DNA of 64,000 nt from Octopus vulgaris (taxonomy: Eukaryota): positions 47,244,001 through 47,308,000 of the forward strand of contig OX597815.1 of assembly GCA_951406725.2 (NCBI GenBank), read 5' to 3'. Every line of letters starts with the position of its first letter. Positions within the stretch are counted from its first letter, which is position 1. Positions 53,343-64,000 of this stretch are shown here, piece after piece. Made by a program: the position numbers and the translations under genes. Under the pieces are notes generated by a model. The model did not search any database, was not told the origin of the DNA, and saw only the letters and a list, made by a program, of their open reading frames with translations.

Positions 53343-55459
53343 ATGCATGTATACATACATGCATACATACATACATACATACATACATACATACATACAT
53401 ACATACATACATACATACACACATACATGCATACATACATACATACATACATACATACATACATACATACATACATACATACATACATACATACATACAT
53501 ACATACGTACATACATACATACATACATATATTTTGTTTAATATATTATTATTAATATCAGGAAATAGATATTATAAAATTCTTCAGAAGGATATATACG
53601 TGTGTAAAATAATTGTTGTATTGAAAATATAAATATATATAAATATATGTAAATATGTATGAGTGTAAATATATAATAATGACATTTTAAAAGTTTCGAA
53701 TTAAGTTTTTAAAGCATCTTACGATCGTTTCGCAGAAGTGCTGTCCCTATAATGGAATCTTATATAGATTAGCATTTATAGACAACTCTTCTGCTCTTCA
53801 GAGATATAAAATGTGAAATGTGTATAATTTATCGAATGGTAGGTTTTTAAAAATATGAAGTAATATACGAAAATGGTGTTTGTTTGAAATATAAAATAAA
53901 ATTAAAAATTACTGCTTTTGATTTTGGTAAGTACACTTTAGTATGATAGTCTTTAAATCCATATATGCTTCCTTGGTAATTCTTCTGTAATAATCCATAC
54001 ATACATACATAGAAGAAGAAAGTCGGGGAATTAAATGATTTGGAGAGAAGAGTACATAGTTTACTAGCTCGTAGACGGACTATTATGAGCTATATAAAAA
54101 ATAGAAAGAGTCAATATATTGGCTGACTAGAGTTGGAGCTGAGTTCTATTCAGTTACACACAGTGTGTGTTTGTAGTGGGGCGTGAACATATTTGAGTGT
54201 GTATGTGTCAAGAAATTGCATCGTTCCAGATATGTGAACACTATCCGACTGTTAATCAATCATTCATATGCAGTTATATTTGGCATTGAAGAAGACTAGC
54301 ATTTGATATTGCAGTCTTCACATTTATATATATTTTCCAAATGGTAGTCTATCAAAGATTGCATGGCAAAGAATCTGTAAAGTTTGTCATGACTTTAGCT
54401 TATTCTTCTTGAATATGAATGGATGTGTATACAAACAATGAAATACCTTCTTGATCTTATAGATAATACAGATTACTGAACCTGTTGATTAACAGGAAAA
54501 TAACACTGATAAAATTTCTTTTTCTGCTTTTTGGGAGGGTCAATAAGTGTTATTTATATTTGCTTCTATCTAAAAATTAAAAGGAATGATTTCTATTTCT
54601 TTCAAACTTTGCTTTTGTGACTAGGACATCAATGCTTTGAAACTGATCTATTTTCTATTACATTTCAGAGAGATTCAGCACTGAGTTGCAGATACAGAAA
54701 TATCGTTATAACAAATATTCTGCTCCAGACAACAGATTCGCTTGTCAGTTGTTTGACTATAACCGCTTGAGCATGTCCCTTAGTGGCTGACAGTATGTGT
54801 ATCTCTGATCAGGAATAATGAGCAGGAATAGTGGCGGAGCATCATAGCCATGTGTTGAGTGGGATTCTTTGGAGTTTTCAAACTCCAATGTAGCAAAAGT
54901 CTGAAGAAGATATTAGCAATTCTTCATACTTTCTAGGGGTAAGCAAATAGGAAATTTCAGTTGCTACCCAAGGAAAAAACTTTATACAGTGTAATCATTA
55001 AGATAATAGACATTGATAAATAGCGAAAAATGGAGACTGTTAAAATTTTGTTGATAACAAAAACTCAGCACCTTGCCTGCGCATTTGTCATTATGAGACA
55101 TAGTCAAGAGTGTAACGGCTGTGATTATAAAACTAGAGTTATCTGGGACAAAAGCAACAAAAACTACAACAGCAATAAAAATAATAATAACCATAATGAT
55201 ACGCTGATTATAATTTATACATATACTTTCATGCTTATCATTGTGTGTGTGTGATTGTTTGTGTGAATGCCTACGCATTCTATCATACGGATATATATAT
55301 ATGACTGTATAAACACATAAATACAGACGTGCAAACATATACGTATGTACGAATGTACGCATATGCGTATATAAATATGTATCTGTCTCTGTGTTTGATT
55401 ATCTACCTGTAATTCTATCTATCTATCTATCTATCTATCTATGAATACACGTATACGTC

Positions 55460-55543
<84 letters not shown>

Positions 55544-55742
55544 TACATGCACACACGCGCACGCATACACGCAGGCACACAGAAATCAGCAAAGATATAC
55601 GGTTGACTATGCACAGACACATATCGCATTCATAGATTTTCATATATGTCTAAATATGTATTATCTGTGCTGTGGTATAGCTTCATATCTTTAGCAGTGT
55701 GCATGTATGTAAATCTTCTACAACAAATTAAATCTGTATTTC

Positions 55743-55811
<69 letters not shown>

Positions 55812-55935
55812 TTACACAGTTGCATTTATATACACATACGCACATATATTCGCGTTCATTTAGGCGTGATTATTACGAAACAGTTCTCATTATAAAGCGA
55901 GTATTAAACTATATATTCTATACACACAGATGCCA

Positions 55936-56015
<80 letters not shown>

Positions 56016-56135
56016 ATGTGTGTGTGTGTATACATAAATATATGCATACATATATACAACATATACACATGTATATACATATATATACAAAAATATATAC
56101 CTGTATATATATATGCGTATATGTGCATATATTTA

Positions 56136-56177
<42 letters not shown>

Positions 56178-56875
56178 TATATATATATACATGCATGTAT
56201 TTATATACATATATATGTATGCATATATGTTTGTACATATATATATATATATATATATATACACAAATACATACATAAATACATACACATGTGTGTGTGT
56301 ATGTATGTATGTGTGTGCACTCGGGTGTGTAATGCGCCTGTGTTTATATACAAGTGCATATCTGTATCTATATGTGTCTATACAGTCATTTTCATATCCG
56401 TATGAAACGAATGTGTAGGCATTCACACACACATGGACATGTAACACACGTCATGATTAAAGCCAAAAACAACAGCAGCAAGAACAACAACTACAAGAGC
56501 AACAGCATGAACAACAGCAGCAACAACAGCAATACGAACAAGAACAATAATAATGAGAAGAAATTCTTCGTTCTGTACGAACGTCGAATAGTGATTCATT
56601 TTATAAGTTTACCGATACGGCAATGCTTTCTAACAGCTCTTTCCTCCTGATTAGCCCGTTAGTGCGCATGACTGATCAGGGAAATGGTTGCTATGGAGTT
56701 TCGAAATAATACTACAGAGAGAGAGAGAGAGAGAAAAAAAAAGAAGAGAAAAACTATAAAAATATATGAAATAACACATACATACACACACACAGACAAT
56801 GTATATATATATATATATATATATACACTCACACACATATATACGCTTGTGTGTGTCTACAATGTGTATGTTCTA

Positions 56876-56943
<68 letters not shown>

Positions 56944-57098
56944 TATACATATATAATTATAAAATATATGAAACAACACATACATACACACACACAATAT
57001 ATATATATATATATTATGTATGAGTATGTATGTATATATATATGTGTATATATATGTATGTATATAAATATATATATGTGTGTGTGCGTATGCATATA

Positions 57099-57145
<47 letters not shown>

Positions 57146-57753
57146 TCATACATGCATACATATACATATATAATTATATAAATTTGTGTGTATCTTTACA
57201 TATATGAATGTGCGCACGCACTTGTGGATGTGTGTTTGTGTGAACGCTCACCAAACAGACAGTGGTAAGACAAAGACGAAACAGGGTATAGTAACACAAA
57301 ATAAAAGAAAATAGCCACCAACCAAAAGAAAGTGATTAAGAAAGACGAAGATATACATGAAAATATAGAAGACAACAGAAATATCAACAACGGTAAGAAC
57401 AACGACAACAACAACAATAAAATAGTGAAGTTAAAAAAAAAAAAAAAAAAAACTAAATAAATGCAATGAGAACAGCATCAAGAACAGTAGAAACAAGAAA
57501 ATAAAAGAAATCAACAACAAACACATACAAAACACTGATAAACATTACCTAAGTGTAAAGCCAGAAAATATAAATATATTGAAATAATGCTAAGTAATAT
57601 ACAAATGTACATACAAACGCAATCATTTCCTCCGCCAACACTTTCTCAATCCATTTGAGTGTGTGTGTGTGTCTACCTCTGTATATTAGATACATATATA
57701 CATGTATACATACATACATACATATGTATGTATAAATATATATATATATATAT

Positions 57754-57799
<46 letters not shown>

Positions 57800-57871
57800 A
57801 TATCTATAATTATACATATACACATACACATTATTATATAAATATATAAGTACAGACACACACACATGCAT

Positions 57872-57914
<43 letters not shown>

Positions 57915-58038
57915 TATAATATATGTATGTAATGGGCCTCTATAAATATAAATATATATATATATGTATATGCATATATATACATATATATTATATATAT
58001 CATATATATACATATATATACATATATATATTATATAT

Positions 58039-58106
<68 letters not shown>

Positions 58107-58830
58107 ATTTGTATATTAATGAGAAAGGAAATACAAACAAAAGCAGATGCAGAGTTTAACAGAGGGTAGCAGCTGAGAATGTGTAGAAACGTAAAATCTA
58201 AAAACAAATTTTAAGAAAGATGAAGAGAGAGAGAGAGAGAAAGGGAGGAAGACAAAGAGAGAGAGAGGGTGAGAGAGAGAATGAGTGGGAAAAAGAAAGC
58301 TTTGTAAAGAAGAGAACTGAAGTTTTGTTCCAATTCTAGTGTTCCAACAATTGAGAAAATTGCTATTAATGATAGCAACAGTTGTGTTTAAGTAACAAAA
58401 TAAACACATTACTGACTTAGTCACATGCACACATGAACAGACATATACATGTTTATTATATATATGTGTGTGTGTGCGTGTATACATACATATATATATA
58501 TATACACACACACACCCACACGCATATACATGCATACACATACACATACAAACATATATACTGATACAGAAAGAGAGAGGGAATGAAAGATATATATATG
58601 TATACATATACTTTTATATATGTACTTACATATACATATATCTAAATGTTTATATTTATATATATATACACACAAATATAAACATAAATTCATATATATA
58701 TATACATATGACTATATATACATATATATATATATATGATTATATGTACGCACATGCGTATATGCATACAGACAGAAATGTATTTTATGTTTATGTATAC
58801 TCCTTTTGTCTGCGTGAAATTTATGTACAT

Positions 58831-58863
<33 letters not shown>

Positions 58864-58960
58864 TTGTATATATGGTATGTGTATGTGTGTGTGTTTGTGT
58901 GTGTGAACATATATTATATATTGTATATATGTAATACGTTTAGCATATGTATTATATATA

Positions 58961-58998
<38 letters not shown>

Positions 58999-59328
58999 CC
59001 CGTATGCACAAATATACATACATATATCTACGTATATGTATATATGTATGTGTGTGTGCGCGCGTTTACATAGCTTGAAAACAAAAAAAAAACAAAGTGA
59101 GAGAGGAATAGCAAGTAAGTAAATAATATTCCAGTTCAAGAATTCTTACGTAGCATTTTGCAGGTCTAGTTTCTTGCTGAAAACTCTATATTTCATTACT
59201 AGAGGCAGGTTTCAGGAAGAACTTATGTTGAATTATGAAGACGAAACTATGGCTCTCTCCCTGCTTATATGCGCGCGCGCGTGTAATAAAAGTGAAAGGG
59301 GTGCAGCGAAATTGCCATAAGAATTGGA

Positions 59329-59369
59329 ATATCTAACGTTTCGGATGTAACCCTTCGTCAGTGGGTATA
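59329..59369 (-). ncRNA. Minimal hammerhead, slightly degenerate
   Basis: Minus: CTGACGA-A-GGG(TTACA)TCC-GAA-ACGT-T; palindromic stem III without a loop; stem I weak. Confidence 0.55.
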
Positions 59370-60170
59370 CAAAAATAGAAGTTTCAGAAAGAAAGGGTTT
59401 GAAATGAAATTCAAATGTGCCAACCAATTGGATTTAGCTTGAGATTGTAAATAATCTCTCACCTACCCCCGTAAGATTTTTAACCACTGTAATACTGTAT
59501 TGATAATAACGTAAGCATAGCCCGTTACGGCCTATATCTTACCTCTTGATCCGTGAACTCTACGTATGTACATGCATATATCTTTTGTATGATGTAAAAG
59601 GATAAAACCTCATTATATATGTATATGTATTAGTTGATGCTTTTACGCATGTATGTATATGCATATACATGCATTTGTTACCTATGTAATAAACTATGTA
59701 TGCAGATTAAGACTGAAGCTTCGACTTTGACTATATGATATATGAATATAATGGCATTATTTGTTACATTATTTGTTGAATTAATGTGCTTGCATCTTCC
59801 ATAAACATCTGTCTATATATTATGTTATGCTATATTATATATGTAATATACAATATATTATATTATATTATATTACACTATATTATATTATACTATATTT
59901 TATGTGGTATTTTCCATCTACTATGTATTGTGGATAACATAATACACATATTCCATTATTGGTATTATTAATAATAATAATAACAATATAAATAGTTTTG
60001 GTAATTTAATATAATGAACTTTGGACTTTGTATATGTACCCATTGATGTGGATGTATTTGTATACTCCTGTATATATATTTGATTATCTGTAACCCTATG
60101 TGTATGTATATTATTATATATATACTTATATATATGTATATTTATATATATATATGTATATACACTTATA

Positions 60171-60201
<31 letters not shown>

Positions 60202-60272
60202 ATATTCTTGTGTATGTGTATTTTGTTTCATATTTATATTTGCATTTTATATTTTTATAATTGTACTTTATA

Positions 60273-60398
60273 ATCTCTGACGAGGCCTTGGATATATATA
60301 TATAAGCAACTCATTTTTAAGTGCATATTACCTCAATACATATGATTAATATAGGCAAATGAGATACCTTTATCTACAGGCTGAAACAGCTGTAAGAT
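60273..60398 (+). ncRNA. Type I hammerhead with very long stem II
   Basis: ATCT-CTGACGA-GGCCT..89 nt..AGGCT-GAA-ACAGCTGT-A-AGAT; GUA triplet, predicted cut after 60394. Confidence 0.75.
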
Positions 60399-60567
60399 CC
60401 ATTTTATATGTATTATTTTCATGGTATTATCTTACTTATTGATGTATATTGTTTGATTGTGTTTTATTCTGTTGGATTTGGATGTTCCTATATAAGTAGC
60501 TAATAAATAATATGAATTGGTATTATCTGTAAGTTGATGATTGAAAGGAATCTGTTCCTCCCTTTTC

Positions 60568-60745
<178 letters not shown>

Positions 60746-61707
60746 TTGCCTGTATATATGTATATATATATATATACAGAGACACGAACTCGCATCAACG
60801 TTCAAATGGGGACTTTTCCATGGTTGTATCGGTGAGACGGAATTCCTTTACGCAGATTTTCTCTGGCTTGAAGTCTTTCCTCTCGGTAAAAATGAACTCA
60901 TCTGTTTGCAAGTAAATAGACGAGTTGCTGACCATCGAATGAGGAAAAGTCCGGACATTGTTATACGTAATGTGGAGAAAATACGGTACCGCTTGAATGA
61001 GTCAGTCGTAGACAAAGGTCACACAGTAATTCAAGACACGTCACGAAGCTCGCACATGATCATGTCTATGAATGCTGACAATGTTTTTTACGGTCCTCGA
61101 AGACACGTGAAAACGTGAAAAAATACAAATGCACTCACACAACCACATCAATGTACACGGATACCTCGTATTTGCATATAGATACACACACACATATACA
61201 CACACATACGTACACACACACACACACTCATACAAGCAACAAACTTCTTCAATTTTGTCTATTTTGTTCACAAAGTATTGGTCGATCGCGGTTTTTATAT
61301 AGAATAGGAGCCGACAAAGTTTACGCTGAAACCGAGCACACCATCACGTGGTTTCGCAGCAAACTTCTGAAGCAAATCTTGAAACAGAATCGGCAAATTA
61401 AGAAATTTAAGTCACTACATAGGACAACCTATTCATGTTAGAAGCCTTGTTACTGGCCAATTAGTAGCCAGATTTCACGTTACAGATTCTTCTAGAGACT
61501 TCTGAAATATTTCCTTACAAGATTTGTAGAGTGCGTGATAACCTGCGGACGTGCTACACACATCCTCTTACCGTTTATAATAATCGTTCAACGACTGTCT
61601 GCTCAGCTTGGGTATGTCGATTTAGTTGGCCGCAACCTACTAGACTGTTTTCTCCTGTCTTGACAAACCAGCACAGAGCTTTTGCAATAAACTATGTATG
61701 AACAATA

Positions 61708-62119
61708 GGCGCAGGAGTGGCTGTGTGGTAAGTAGCTTGCTAACCAACCACATGGTTCCGGGTTCAGTCCCACTGCATGGCACCTTGGGCAAGTGTCTTC
61801 TGCTATAGCCCCGGGCCGACCAATGCCTTGTGAGTGGATTTGGTAGACGGAAACTGAAAGAAGCCCGTCGTATATATGTATATATATATGAGTGTATGTG
61901 TTTGTGTGTCTGTGTTTGTCCCCCTAGCATTGCTTGACAGCCGATGCTGGTGTGTTTACGTCCCCGTCACTTAGCAGTTCGGCAAAAGAGACCGATAGAA
62001 TAAGTGCTGGGCTTACAAAGAATAAGTCCCGGGGTCGATTTGCTCGACTAAAGGCGGTGCTCCAGCATGGCCGCAGTCAAATGACTGAAACAAGTAAAAG
62101 AGTAAAGAGTAAAGAGTAA
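61708..62119 (+). mobile_element. Full-length family B CORE-type SINE
   Basis: Complete head, CORE-like segment, internal TA/TG tract and (AAGAGT)n tail. Confidence 0.92.
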
Positions 62120-62539
62120 TACTGAATTATTGCTTCAATTATGTTGACTTGTGTGCGGAAAAATAAAAGTTACTATTAAATGTGTGCTTGTTGTTGTTAC
62201 TCACTCACACGCAGCCTTACATGCATACCTACTAAGCAACACTTCTTGATCATACGGTTCTGCTTGCTCCCACATGGCGGACAGAAGGAGATCCTGGAAT
62301 CCAGGTGGTTAGCTCAGTCAGTACTTTTGCACAAGCAGGGTATCGAAATGTATAGAGAGGAACACTGCTTCAGTAGAATCATGGAATATATTTGATACTA
62401 GTACCCCCATTCTTTTGTTTATATATACGTGTGTATGTGTGCGTGAAGTGCATGTGTAGAGATCAACAGATAGGTTGGTACGTGTACAAGTATATAGATT
62501 AACAGATAGACTGAAAGACAATTAGACAGACAGACAGAC

Positions 62540-62698
<159 letters not shown>

Positions 62699-64000
62699 AA
62701 ATAATAAGTAAAAGGACATGAAATTCAAGCATGAAAATCTTTTTTTATTTCGCATCGTCGGTTATATTCATACATTTGACGGAATTAATATACGATGTTA
62801 AATTCTTTGATCTAGGGTACAGCAGCCTTTGCTAATTTGTTCTTAATGAATTGAATATAATAAATATTACGCTTTGTAAGCAGTGAATTAACTTCCTCAA
62901 ACACAAACCAACTTTATATCGCATATAGCATTCTATAGAAGGTTGTTATTGCTACTGTTGTTGTTATTCCTTAGCACCTCGTCAGCTTCGATTGAGCAAA
63001 GACGTTACTATCGGCAGCATCTTTCATTTTCGACCCTCCCAAGTCACAACGAAATTTATTTCAATACAGGAATTCCCATCAAGGGTCTTGCAAACTAAAC
63101 ACAAAAACAATCTAATTTATTTGGCCATATATGTTTCTAGGACGGTATTTTTTAATTTGTCAGTTTTTTTCCAGACATCACAACATGATTCCAGCGACAT
63201 TTGTTCACTATTTTAAACGGGTCGGGTAACCGTACAAAACTCGCTTGCTGGCTTTTATCACAGCAATATTTGTAATGAACGTTCTTTCGGAAGAATAATG
63301 CTTAGTTTGTTTAATTTTACAAACTGACATATGATATTGGACCTCTCTCCAAGAACACTTCAGAAAAGTGAATCCTACCGTATTCTCGGGTTCATCAACT
63401 AAGGGAGGTGTTTGGTTGCTGTAAATTGCGCAGAAATCCTCCACACCTATCTACTTTTTATCTATTCTCCTCTCTTTCTATATATATACAAACTTACTGT
63501 TAAGAAAAGTCGGGATGCGTGGCGTTCAGCTATTCCATAAATGAAATATACATTAAATTCTACAAAACGTAGACGTAGGACAGACACGATGACCCTAATG
63601 CTTCATCAGTTATCGACCAAAAATTCTAATATCCAATTTCATGCCTTTAACGATAAGACTGGGAACTTCGTATAGCGGTGGCACCTGCAAGATTTGTGTA
63701 CAATTAGGGCTCAAGCAAATAAAACAATACAGGGTGGCCGTACGAAAGTAAACAAATGTAATTTCAAACGATAGTTGAAGACAATAAATCACGCCTTTCG
63801 GCCAAACATGATTATGATTGGTAACGCCTGGAAGAAAACCTCAAATAGATATAAAATCAAAATTACTAAGAGAAGAGAAAAAGTTCACTAGCACTCTGGG
63901 CATCCGGTGGCGAAAAGCAGAAGATAGAAAATCAGTCAAGGATCACGTCTGGGCAGCAGACATAAAGGAAGGAGGGTGAGAGGAGAGAGAGAGAGAGAAC

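Noticed and set aside
63220-63280. TATCACAGC, the miR-2 family 5' sequence, in a small hairpin
   Set aside because: The seed falls in the loop, the 5' arm lacks the matching GTGATA and the rest does not match miR-2.
63208-63444. 78-aa complex ORF on minus (also 60906-61118 and 62180-62395)
   Set aside because: No recognisable domain and no convincing splice signals.
63727-63770. TA|CAGGGTGGCC mariner-like TIR start
   Set aside because: No partner TIR or transposase sequence within the window.

Overview
AT-rich, microsatellite-saturated eukaryotic DNA, most consistent with an intron or intergenic region of an octopus (coleoid cephalopod) genome; this is inferred from the tRNA-derived SINE families, not from a database search. 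No intact host protein-coding exon can be supported, and nearly all ORFs in the track are translations of simple repeats. The window holds many SINE copies from 3-4 families, several Penelope-like element (PLE) remnants with GIY-YIG pieces and hammerhead ribozymes, decayed DD37D Tc1/mariner copies, two non-autonomous Helitron-like elements, MITEs and a HERO-like RLE fragment. Highlights: (1) a 16-bp-TSD-flanked chimeric retrocopy of tRNA-Val with its 3' trailer fused to a SINE (35274-35674); (2) a 2.07-kb ORF1-only L1/Tx1-like element that split a SINE head (475-2541); (3) a non-coding element with 225-bp identical inverted arms, each carrying a hammerhead, around a microsatellite-like body (37168-40138); (4) several architecturally different hammerheads, two with a very long stem II; (5) a twin-priming-like inversion in a PLE (36070-37100). 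All coordinates and pairings were read by eye.
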